Below, in pieces: positions 36,800-48,699 of a stretch of 64,000 nt of DNA; positions within the stretch are counted from its first letter, which is position 1; each line of letters opens with the position of its first letter. A program made the translations under genes and the position numbers. Location of the stretch: contig NC_057711.1 of the NCBI RefSeq assembly GCF_004010195.1, positions 83,479,344-83,543,343 of the forward strand. The letters are read 5' to 3'. This DNA is from Chiloscyllium plagiosum. Its lineage: Eukaryota. Below the pieces are notes generated by a model, which did no database searches, was not told where the DNA came from, and was given only the letters and a program-made list of their open reading frames with translations.

Positions 36800-38620
36800 G
36801 GGGAGGCACTCGTAATGTAGCAGTGTCCTTGGATACATAATCAAGCAGCCCAGGGGATTTCTACGATGACTAAATCTGTAGTCAAAAGCTAGACAGAACC
36901 ACTGTCAATTATTATAAAAACCCATCTGGTTCACTAATGCCTTTAGGGAAGTAAGTCAGCTGTCTTTAGCTAGTCTGGCCGTAATGTGACTCCTGATCCA
37001 CAGCAGTGTGGTTGACTCTGAACTGCTGTCTGAAGTGGCCCAGCAAGCCACTTAATTGCTTCAAAATCACGAAGGAGTCAATGAAAAGGAATGAAAGTGG
37101 TTAACCACCATCATTAGCCAAAGCAAAAGAAATTATAAAGGCAAACCCAGCTCCCCCCTCCTCCCCCCCCCACCCCTCCCCCCAACCCCACTGTAAAGAT
37201 CTTCTTAACAACATCAGACAGTTCTGCCAGATCAGCCAAGTAACAGACCTGATATGGCCATACTTACAGACAAGGTCCTACCATTACCAGCAAGACAGAC
37301 TGCGAGGTGGCAGAACAGTAGTAAGCAGGGAGGAGGAAGCTGCCCTGGATGTCATCAATACAGATTCTATACTTCATAAGGTATCATACTTTCAGGTCAA
37401 ACTTAGGCTGATTACCATCTAGCACTCTATGTTTCCCCATTCCCAGCTAAAGAAACACTACTCTCACATACAGTCATAGAGTCATAGAGATGTACAGCAT
37501 GAAAACAGACCCTTCAGTCCAGCTGGTCCATGCCGACCAGATATCCTAAATTAATATACTCCCATTTGCCAGCATTTAGCTCATATCCCTCTAAATCCTT
37601 CTTATTCATATACCCATCTAGATATCTAATAAATGTTATAGCTGTACCAGCCTCCACCATTTCCTCTGGCAGCTCATTCAATACATGCACCACTCTCTGC
37701 ATGAAAAGGTTGCCCCTAGGTCCCTTTTAAATATTTCCCCTTTCATCTTAAACTTATGCCATCTAGTTTTGGGCAAAAGACCTTGGCTATTCACCCTATC
37801 TATGCCCCTCATGATTTTATAAACCTCTATAAGGTCACCTCTTAGCCTTTGACGCTCCAGGGAAAATAGCCCCAGCCTATTCAGCCTCTCCCCATAGCTC
37901 AAACTTCCATGTTGAACATCAGTTGAAAGAAGCAGAGAGTAGCAAGCATGCAGAATATACTCAAGTTGGATCATCCACCTGGACCATGTATACCATAAAT
38001 GCAGTGTCAACTTGGTGAAGTGACTGCACAGGACTACTTACATGCCAAATGACAGAAACACGGTGCGATTGTCAGAACTTCACGATTCTACAACCAACAA
38101 ATTGAAGATTTTCAGTTCTATCACATCCAGCTATGAATGAATGGTGTACAATTGGAGCCAGCACCATCACTATCCCCATTTTTATTGACTGGGGATCCCA
38201 GCACACCAGTGCAAAATATAAGTCTGAGACATTCACATCACAACCAGCTGAGTGGCTGGTCTGTCCCAACCGCCTCCAGAGGACTCCACCTTCTTAGATA
38301 CAAGTTTTCAGGCAATTTGATTCATGCCATGTGATATCAAGAAATGGTTCGAGGCACTGGATACTGCTCAGAGATGGAAGGGGCAATTAACACCATTGTC
38401 AGCAGCACTTGCTCAGCAGTAAGTGGCTCACAGATGCTCAGTTTGGGTGCTGTCAGGATCACTTAGCTTTTGATCTCATTACAATCTAAGTCTAAGAATG
38501 GACAAAAGTGTTGAATTTCTGATGTCGGGTGAGAATGACATCAAGTCAGTGTCTGACCAAGTATGACATCAAGGAGCCCGAGCAAACTGGAATTAATAGG
38601 AATCAGGAGGAAATCTCTCA
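36800..38620 (+). mobile_element. Decayed LINE with a SINE-like 5' head, split by a CR1 insertion
   Basis: 36800-37056 is homologous to the head and body of the SINE at 18518-18835. It continues into endonuclease-like (PDMAILT) and RT-like (DIKKWFEALDTA, TDAQFG, DIKSVSDQV*HQGA) remnants. Confidence 0.65.
37472..37905 (-). mobile_element. HER1/CR1-type LINE 3' end, younger family
   Basis: LSYGERLNRLGLFSLERQRLRGDLIEVYKIMRG and a (CTCTATGA)n-type tail; same family as 51944-52948 and 63769-64000. Confidence 0.92.
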
Positions 38621-38624
38621 GGAG

Positions 38625-39085
38625 AAAAGTAATCTTTTTGAGACATAAGATCCTGAGAGGACTTGACAGGATGGATGCTGAAAGTGTGTTTCTGTTCTTT
38701 GTGAGATAGACTACAACTAGATGACACTGCTTAATTATCAGAGATCGTCCTTTTAGGACAGAGAGGAGAAGCGATTTTTTGTTTTAATGTGTTTGAAATC
38801 TTTGAAACTTTCTTCCCCAATCGTCATTGGGTATTGTAATGGCAGATGTAGATAAATTCTTAAATAACAAGGGAGTCAATGGTATCGCAGATAGGCAGAA
38901 GTTGAAGTTGAGGGTAGGTTGAACAGAAGCATTAGGGAATTAGATTGTTAGCTGAAAAGGAAGAATGCACAGTGTAATGGGGAAAATGGAGAATGGCACT
39001 AAATGCAATGCTTATTTCGTGAGCCAATACAGACATAATAAGCGTAATGAATTCCTCTGCACTGTAACAATTCTATGACTCTGTG
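38625..39085 (+). mobile_element. Old CR1 3' fragments
   Basis: ETxKILRGLDRMDAE-like stretch; tail ...ttcctctgcactgtaacaattctatgactct. Confidence 0.7.
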
Positions 39086-39152
39086 ACAGAAATATATAGC
39101 CTGAAGTGTATTGCCAGTGCTAGGTTCCCTTATGCTACATGTTCACACTCAC

Positions 39153-39218
39153 AGATGCTGAGCCGTTGGATAGCACATAAGTCTCACATCTCTCCTTTCA
39201 ACACATGCTCCCTTATAT
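39153..39218 (-). other. Possible 66-nt exon (coding status unknown)
   Basis: Acceptor gtctctttcactcag, donor TCT/gtgagt, one open frame (YKGACVERRDVRLMCYPTAQH). The phase is incompatible with direct joining to 30590-30740. Confidence 0.2.
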
Positions 39219-42200
39219 CTGAGTGAAAGAGACAGCCATATATAACAGAAGGCAAGAGCATGCAACCCAAAGGAGGAGAACAAAACGTTGCACATATGAC
39301 ATCTTAAAAGAGGAAACATATGGAAATTACAGGTAGAGCTTTTAGCTAGTTTTATTTTGCATTTCAGTCTGACTTCGGTGGTAATTTGAGTCTCTAGTGA
39401 AAATGCACCCTGTCTGACAGATAGCATCTAATTCTCCTCCACTTCCAGAAACTCAAAACAGAGATGTATGCCTAGAAGGATGTCAATAACTGCTCATAAA
39501 TGAGCTTCCTAATGATATAAATCAATGTTACAAATTTGAACAAATAAATGAACAAATCCGTCACTATCCCTTTATTAGGTCTTTCTGTGTGGCATTATGC
39601 GACATTTCTTTCTTAAAGCAGCAAGTACACTTCAAGAAATATTAATTTGACTAAAGGAATATCCTGGGATGGTGTAAGGTGTTATATAAGTGCAAGTCTT
39701 TTTCAGTTTCTTCATTAATGAATGCAAACTGTTGGGTCCTATAAAATCACTGTGACCTGCTCAAATTCTAACCTCGACCTGAACAGGGAACAAAATCAGC
39801 TGTAAAGAAGCCTGACTAGGAAAATAAAAGACTTTGTTGAGTCAGCAAGGCAAGAATGTTTTTCTGGGACTCACAAAGAAAGGCAAGCATCCCCTTCATT
39901 AACACATGACTTACTCATGTTGATGCAGGCTGTTGGTCTCTGCTTTCCTGAACCTTAGCTCACCCCTACTGGCAATTGGAACTTTCTGCACATTTGCTGT
40001 GGGCGTGCTGGTGAAGCCTGTGAGTCTTGAATCCTTGAGTGTTGAATTGATATAGAACAATACATGTGCATTATGCATTTGCCCTGCACCACCATACAGA
40101 TGCCATCCAAACTAGCTAACTAGGATCTACCCCTTAAATTTGCTTTTCTTCAAGGGTCACTTGGAAATGTCAATTCTTCTGTCTGTAGTACTTAAGAACT
40201 AATTAATATATTTATATAAAATTTGCCATCATTTAACAAATCTACAAACTGCTGACATTAAAATATCAGAGTAATAATTCATGGACAATTAATTCAGATT
40301 GTAGGGTCAATATGGTCTTTTGCTGTTTGTTTCAAAAGGCAGATGAAGACCTGGGGTACCTCTAAAATCTTATGACATGAATGCATTAGCTGTTTTTAAC
40401 TCTCCTCCACCTGACACTGAAAGATTTAATAAAAACCTGAGTATGGTAAATTTGCAGCCACAACAATTCTTTTGGTTCTTAGCCAAATTGTTGTTCATGT
40501 GCACACAACTTTCCAAGCCAGACTGGTAAGTTGATTTTACAATTTTTCTTTTCCTTTCCAGTTGAATATCCCTTCTAGGGGTAATGTGGCAAATGTTTTT
40601 AATTGCTGGCAAATGGAATATGTTTAAACCTTGAACAGATAATTACAATGATTGCTGCATGTTTCACTTTTAAATGGAGGAAATTGGTTTCCTCTATGGC
40701 ACTGGGATATTTCATATCTCCATGACATTCTAACAAATAGCAACAACCAGAGTGCCAACTTAATGTACAATTATACAAATAGCAGAAGCCCAACAAATGA
40801 TAAATTTACAAGTACATGAAACCCACAATCCTTTCTTGGTCTCCACTAAAAGTATGGCCACTGAGGTCTCAGTTGGAACACTGAAAGCTAGCATCCTCAT
40901 GATATATAAATGTGCTTTCTCCCTTTGCCTACAATAGTGAAGAAAATCTGTTATATAAAGGTTTTTTCATCAATATTCCCTAAAACAGTTCTTCTTTTTG
41001 ACTTGCTCCAAATTGATCATTGTCACAAAATAAAATGAGAGATTGGATGAACATTGACAAATCTTAGGGTCAATGTTCATTCAATGCATGTGTTATCCAA
41101 ATATTAACAGTCTTTCCGAATTTTGATATGTTTGCGCTCATACATTTTTGATACCTGAGTATTTCTTGCATATTTTCCCTATGGTCAAATGGATTTGCAG
41201 GCTGTATTCATTTTCTAATTAACCTCCAGCATTTGAACCTTTGCTTTAAAGGACGACACTCATCAACTCCTCTGATACCTGGCAAGATTCATGGAATCAT
41301 TATCAAAAGTAGAACTGCGCCCACATCACTGCTTACATTAATCACTTTTGCTGCTAAAACAAAGAACCTCCTCTTTAGTGGAAAATGCTCCTTTAACAGC
41401 TGCTGTGTTGCTGGTTTTTTTCATTTCCTGCCTTACACTACTAATAATGATTCCATGCATATTGGGAACCGATTGAAATGAGTGAAAGGTTCATCCTCCA
41501 ATAGTACTATTTGTACAAACACTCCAAAATATAACGACTGAGGTAAACTTTAACTTTGGCAATGATGCAATATAGATAGGAGGAGATGATCCACCTGTTA
41601 TAATGTGACATCTCCTTACCTCCACCATCGCTCCCACTCCATTCCCTCTTGACTATCATACTAACTTGGCATCATATTTGATAATGCTAAGAAAGTTCAA
41701 GATTATTGAGAGCACGGAAAAAAATCCAAAACAACATAAATTAGTTTTACAAATTTACAGACAATAGTAAGAAATCATTGAGAATAATAACGAGGATCAA
41801 TGCCAAAGGACATGGGTTAAGTCCAGCAATCTATCATTTTAAGAAGGGAATAGCACTCATAATGAGTGATCTATTAAATTAAAATTAAGTTACAGTAACT
41901 CAAACATCGAATATCTTTGATTTCCCAAGGTGTACTCCCTGTAAATACAGAATTGCTTCTGAACATAGTCAATTATAATGCATATTTTGTCATGTGAAGT
42001 TAAGAATTTCAGTCTGATTTCACTCCCACTGAATACCATGGATTCCTCAATCAAGCATTGAACTATTTCAAATAATAGAAACAGTTAATCTAATAAGAAA
42101 ATGCTTTCAAGATTCTGAATTTAATGCAACAAATTATTAATCTAGTACAAAGTTTTTCCATCACAGTGGAATGCTTTGAAATGCTATCATTTCCATGTGC

Positions 42201-42849
42201 AACTAATGCTTTGTGAAATGATATTCAATCAGATTTTTAAAAAAAAAGCCATGGTGAAAAAAAATTACCAATTGCCAATTTTGTACAATAATAGAGATCC
42301 TACCTTAAAATTACTCCACTGAGTTTAGGAGATCTCAACTCTTATAGGGTACTAATGACTTCTAAATGTTGGGGAATAATATTTGCAAACATCCAATCTC
42401 ATGGAGTGAAAACAGAAACTTGTCACAAAAGAGAGTAGAGGAAAGTACCCCAGAAAAACTCCAAAAAGACAGCTAATAGGACAAGCCATTAAAGGAAAAA
42501 GACTGGAATCAAATTGTTTTAAGCATCACAAATTACTCCTGGAACATAAATTGGCATAAATTGACTATTCATATTAACTTCAGTTTTGCTAGGATGCCTT
42601 GATGCTATATTCAATCAAATACTGCCTGGAATATCAAGGACAGTCATTCTCATTTCACTGCTGGAATGTCTGGACCAAGCATGCAGTGCAGTTAGGAGCT
42701 GAGTGGCCTTGGAAGAACTCCAGATAAATATCAATGAGCAGCTTATTGCTGAGGAAATGCTGCTTGACAGCAATGTTGACAACCCTTTCTGTAGCCTTGC
42801 TAACAACCAAAGGCAGACTGATAGGGAATAAATCAACCCTATTGACCCA

Positions 42850-43335
42850 ATCAGCCCTCAGGCTATTATGGAGGAACTGCCATGCCCTCCCCCAGGGAGC
42901 TGTTGTGTCTCATCTACCTGGATCTTCTTGCCTCTTCCTCCCCTCCTGCTTCTGTTAAGATACCTTATTTTTGGGGTTGGCTATAAGTACTATGTTAGAC
43001 ACGTCTTGGCACATGGCCATGGGACAGCTACTCCTGACATCAGATGACCATTGTCTCCCTTACCTTCTATATTTGAAGGCTAGTTTTTATTCCTTCTAAG
43101 ACAAAAAAACATTTTACTATTAATATATTGCATTGACAATGGAGTAGGGTGGCATGTTCATCAAAACCTTAATGATTCTTATGACCTCTCCTCTATTTTC
43201 ATATGGAGATATGTTTACATTTGGAGAAGGCCAGTGTCTGATGTGACACCATTAGATGACTACACAGCCACACAGGAAGTCCCAAATATGGAAAGCCGAG
43301 TTCCCACAGTTTAAGAGGACACCCAGTTCTTGAGA
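42850..43335 (-). repeat. 3' LTR, truncated
   Basis: Homologous to about 50527-51017 and preceded on the minus strand by the purine tract aaagggggc. Confidence 0.8.
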
Positions 43336-44435
43336 GCCCCCTTTGATAAATAAATAATCTTGTTAACATTAATTAACTTTTAACTGATCTATTAACTTCT
43401 AAGGTGCAAGTTTGGTTCCTAAATTTCTTGCATATATAGTACAGCTACCAGAACTATTAATATCAGACTTTGGATGGCTAACTAAAGAAAAAGCTAGCAT
43501 CTTAACCATGGGATCTGACTGGCATTATACAACAAATCATACTAGGCATGATCTCCTAGCTTTTGTCTTTCTTCTTCTATTTATTTGTTCAGCTGCACAA
43601 TTTTAGCCAAATGTGTTACTGATCCTATTTAGGATTGTTCTGAGGTTTAGAAGCAAAGGGGGAATTGGATATCAAATTACAAAATAGCCTTGAGGATCCC
43701 ATTCCTTATAATATTAACTCTTAGTTATGTGATGTTGCGTACAGAACTTCCGATCATAGTTGACTCAGTGTGTTGGAAGCAGAAAATCAGTTTCCAAATG
43801 AGAGAAGTATTTCCCCCTTGCTCTTTCTGTTGCTTTGCTTTCCTTTTTTCTTACATCCAAGTGTTGGAATTCTCCCTGTTCTCACCCTCATTCTGCTTTG
43901 ACACTATATTGTCAGTTTTTGAGGACTTTAGCTCATCTTCAGCTGGTTATGGTATACTCTATTAGATTAACAGATTATCCATAAATTTAAAACACCCACC
44001 AGATCTTATTTCACTAGTACTAATCTTGTGGATATTTCTTAAGTATTTCCCCCCAGTCTTCAATTGCCCCAACCCCAAATTTTTAAATTTTTTATCCCAT
44101 CTCACCAACTCCACTTTGATTGTTTTAATGTCAGTTTCTCAGTAAATTATGAGACAATGCCTTATTTAAACTACGTTTTTGTGCTCTTCCTGGCCACAAT
44201 AACCATTTTGTCAATAGGTGAACAAGTCTGAGACCTATTCTTTCGTGCATTTCCTCATGTCTCTTATTTCAGATATAATAAATCATTATTGCATGCTTAT
44301 CACAAGGTCATACCTTGACTTTCAGGCAATATTTTCAGAGCTTGTGTATCCTTTCCATCTGATCTCAATATTCTGGGCTGTGATCAAATCATCCAGTTCA
44401 ATTCCCTTAAAAGAAACATTCACAATGGTATACAA

Positions 44436-44735
44436 GGCACAGTGGCACAGTGGTTAGCACTGCTGCCTCACAGCACCAGAGACCTGGGTTCAATTCCCAC
44501 CTCAGGCGACTGACTGTGTGGAGTTTGCACGTTCTCCCCGTGTCTGCGTGGGTTTCCTCCAGTGCTCCGGTTTCCTCCCACAGTCACAAAGATGTGCAGG
44601 TCAGGTGAATTGGCCATGCTAAATTGCCTGTAGTGTTAGGTAAAGGTAGGGGTATGGGTGGGTTGTGCTTCGGCGGGGCGGTGTGGACTTGTTGGGCCGA
44701 AGGGCCTGTTTCCACACTGTAAGTAATCTAATCTA
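44436..44735 (+). mobile_element. HE1: HE1-type SINE, well preserved, nested in the env-like region
   Basis: GGCACAGTGGCACAGTGGTTAGCACTGCTGCCTCACAGC, B box GGTTCAATTCC, full V-SINE core, (TAATC)n tail. Confidence 0.95.
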
Positions 44736-45251
44736 GAAAGCTTAATTTCATCTACACTTTTCTTTCACTTGATATGTTCCATTTAACTACATCGAAGATA
44801 AGTCATTCCCTTTTCCATTTTATAACTGTGTCACTTGTCACTATTCTCTTATTCTAAATGGCCTAGCTCGCTAATTACCATGCAATCTGATTCAGGAGTT
44901 TTGGAGAAGTACAGATTAAAGCAAGTTTCATTATACCTTTAAAACAACAAATCATACGGTGGGGTTTCAAACCTTACCAAATTCTGCTCATTTGGTCTTT
45001 CTTACAAAAAGATAAGTTTCTCTCAAAACAAATTGGTTAGGTTGAGTTACACTTTTCCTTCTTTTCAAACAATCCCATATTCAAATATGGCAACACTAGA
45101 CTTGAGGGTTCTTTTGTGTATAGCCTCAGCAGTGTTATTGGACGAACAGGTTTCATTAGCAGTCAATTAATTTTTCCCAAACAATCCTTCCCAATTTTTC
45201 ATATGAATTCAAACCAGCTACGCTGTTTCCATTGGCACTAGTTTTAAACTG

Positions 45252-45463
45252 GGAGAAAGTGAGGACTCCAGATGCTGGAGATCAGAGTTGAGATGGGATG
45301 CTGGAAAGCACCGCAGGTCAGGCAGCATCTGAGGAGCAGGAGAATCAACATTTCGGGCATAAGCTCATTCCTGATTAATGGCTTATGCCCGAAACGTCGA
45401 TTGTCCTGCTCCTCGGATACTGCCTGACCTGCTGAGCTTTTCCAGCACCCCACTCTCGACACA
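45252..45463. mobile_element. Fold-back Penelope-type element, family A, with 12-bp TSD
   Basis: Inverted arms of about 80 bp around CTGATTA...GAAACGTC (45371-45398); AGTTTTAAACTG at 45240-45251 and 45464-45475. Confidence 0.8.
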
Positions 45464-45698
45464 AGTTTTAAACTGAACTTTAAAAAATTAAACTAATTTG
45501 TTCCTCTATACTTTGATTAAATTTCACATTAAATGCTTGAACAAGCAACTTGTATCAGGTTATTTTATCAATCCCAGTCTCAGAAACAATTATGTCCAAG
45601 GTTGAAGGTTTTATATGGTGCTTTTATGTTGAAGACATTAGTAATCACAGTTGGTTCAGGTTTCTTCTGTTCTCAAAGACTTCTCTCAGCAAGACTCT

Positions 45699-47345
45699 CA
45701 TAGAGATCTACATCAGAAAAAAGTCCTTCAACCCAGTCAAAAACAACCACCTAACTATTCTAATCCCATTTACCAGTGTGTGGCCCATAGTGTTCAATGC
45801 CTTCACATCGCAAGTGCACATCTAAATACCTCATAAATATTATGACAATTTCTGCCTCTACCACCCTTACAGAAAGTTAGTTCCAGATTCCAGATTTTCC
45901 CAGTTATGGGAAAAGTCTTTCCTCACATCTCCTCGAACCTTCTGCTTCTGACGTAAAATCTATACCCCCATCACACCACCAAGTAGAAGTGTTTCTTTGT
46001 GTCTAACCCTACCTATACCCATCAAAGTGTTATACATCTCAATCATGTACCCTCTCAATCTCCTCTGCTCTGAGGAAAGCAACTTCAATCTTTCCAATCT
46101 TTCTTCATAACTGAAATTCTCCAGCCCAGGCAACATGCTGGTAAATTCCTCTGCACCCACTCCAGAGTTCTAATATCCTCCCTGTGAGGTGGACTCCAGA
46201 CTGCACAGGATCCTCTAGTTGTGGCTTAACCAACTTTTTATACAGATCCGGCATAAACTTCCTGCTCTTCAACTCAATGCTCTTACTCCTTTTGCTTTCT
46301 TAATCACATTATCTACCTGCCCTGATACCTTACAAGTACATGTACAAGGTCCCTCTGATCCTTGGTGCTGTCCAGAATCTGACTGTTCATCATGTATTCC
46401 CTTGTCTTGTGTCTTGTCCAAATTCATCACATATACCCACTTGCAGTCTCAGGCTGCCTTCCTCACTTTTTGTCACTCCACCAATTCTTATATCATCTGA
46501 AAATGAAGAGATCAACCCTCCTAAGTTTAAGTCTAAATCATTTATATAAACCACCAAATCAAGGGCACAGAATCCATTGGACACGACTTCCAGTCAGAAA
46601 ATACCTCTTGACATCACCCACTGCTTCCTGCTGATTGTGGATTCAATTTGCCAAAGGGATCTTAATTTTGCTATCAGTCTCCCATGTGTGACTTTATCAA
46701 AACCTTGGTTGAAGACCAAGCTAACTCAATCAAAAGTGTATTGTCCTCATTTATACGCCTGGTCATCTTTCTAAAAATTCAAAGAAGTTGGTCAGACCTG
46801 ACCTTGCCTTAGCAAAACCATGCTAACTGTTCTTGATTAATCCCCGCCTCTCCAAATGCAGATTAATTCTGTCCCTCAGAATTGCTTCCAATAGTTGCCC
46901 TACTGTTGGGTTAGACAAATAGGCTGTAATTTCCTGGTTTATCCCTTATTCCCTTCTTAAATAATGCTACTACATTGGCTATCCTCCAGTCCTCCTTCAT
47001 CTCTCCTGTGATCAGAGAGGAAGTGAACATTTTTGCAAGAGGCTCTGCTATTTCCTTATCTGCCTCATTCACTCAACAACCTGGGATACATTTCATCCAG
47101 CCCTGGAGACTGATCTACATTTAAGCATCACTCAGAACCTCCTCTCTGTCAAAGCTTATTTCCTTAAATATATCACAGCCTTTCTCCTTGATTTCTATCC
47201 CTATATTGTTCCTTTCATTAGTAAATATGACCCAAATATTCATCTAAAACGGTACCTACATCCTTTGGCTTCACACATAAATTACTACTTCGATCCCTGA
47301 TGGCCCCTTCTCTTTCCCTTATTATCCTTTTACTCTTAATGTAAC
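45699..47345 (-). mobile_element. Decayed CR1 LINE nested in the LTR element
   Basis: MLPGLENFSYEERLERLKL, YINDLDLNLGGLISSFSDD, and a KPGNYS-like motif near 46920-46940. Confidence 0.88.
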
Positions 47346-48699
47346 TGTACGCATTGCTGTGCACTTGCATCTGTTTAAAAACACAAAAACCAAGACCAAT
47401 GTGGATCTAGAAGAAGCCCAATGGGTTAATAATATTCAAATATTTCTGTAAATTTAGAAATGCAGAATTTAGTCCAGTCCACAATCGCACATCTCACTAC
47501 TTAGAAGGTATGTGATAAGATTTAAAAAGCTGTTAGCTGAAAAAGCTAACTCTCTGCTGATTTGAGAAAGGGCTGGAGCTAAGTCACCAGGTGACATCAT
47601 GTCGTACTGTCACGTGCTCTGCTTAAAGAACTGTTGATCTTCTGTTAGTTTCAATCTGGTCTTTTAGATTTTTATTGTCTTAAGGAAAATCTTTTTAAAA
47701 TTGTTTTTTTCCACCTTCAAATAAACATTATGAATATATGAACAAATTATTTCTCATTCCAAATCCTGTGTTCAAATTGGATGTCTACCAAAATGAAACT
47801 TAACGATGTTGTGAAAACAAGCCAATCCTTTTATTTTTCATAACATTGTCTTTTTCTACAGCAGGTTTTAAAAATCTCTTTTTAAACATTTTAGATTAAA
47901 TAAGATTTAAAAGTCTTGAATCAATGACGCTTTCAGACTATTCCCTGTTTCAATACAGTCTCTAGTCAAATATAAGGGCTGCTGTTTTTGTAACATTCAT
48001 GGGAATACCCTACAGATATAATCAGTTTTCACAGGCTATTCTTTAACTTTACAGGTTTGTGACTTCTTCTTATCATGATCAGAGGATCTCTTGCCTACCT
48101 CATCTGTCATAGTCTGAGTCCTGCCCTCGTACATTTGCACATCAGTTTCACCTCATTACATCCTAGAAGCAGACAGACAGGGGTGAGCATTTTCAATCTT
48201 TTCCCTATGCCATCTGGAATCACCCACACTGTACCAGGAATGTTCAAGGTTGCCTGGTTTTTTTCCCCAAGATAGCAACCAACTGTCTATTGTTGGCAGA
48301 TTTCTGCTTGATGCTGTTTTCATTCTTGGTAACTCAATCTATGTTCAACTTGATGGTGAGGAACCTCTGTATTGTCCTTTGTCAGGACTTGTGGAGAGGC
48401 TTTTGCAGTGTCTGAGCAGGAGTCGTGGATAATGGTTGTGGGGGAGTCAGTTAGCATTAATTGCTGAAGGCCTTCACTACTGACAATCCATCTATTGGTC
48501 TTCTGTAGTCATCGTACCACAGAGCTGATACTAACTCTCCCTGGGATGGCAGTAGGAGTTATAAAACATTCTTATTCAATGGTCTGAAATTTTGTGTGTC
48601 ACTGCAACAAACTGTCGAGTTTCTCTCTCAGTCTTATGGCCTTCATGATCTCCAGATGCTGTTGGATTGGGTAAGAGTCTCCCTGTAATGGAGGAGGAG

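Larger units (their letters stand above)
43965..45700 (-). pseudogene. Env-like glycoprotein remnant (tentative)
   Basis: Lies just upstream of the PPT and 3' LTR. Contains fragments with Cys and N-glycosylation sequons (YNETCFNL, NGTYQV), KWSW*DGIKNLKIWGWGN at 44062-44117, and the hydrophobic ISTRLVLVK*DLVGVLNLWIIC at 43970-44035. Confidence 0.45.

Noticed and set aside
44436..44505. tRNA genes at HE1 heads
   Set aside because: A/B boxes are present but run into the V-SINE core with no complete cloverleaf; they are SINE heads.
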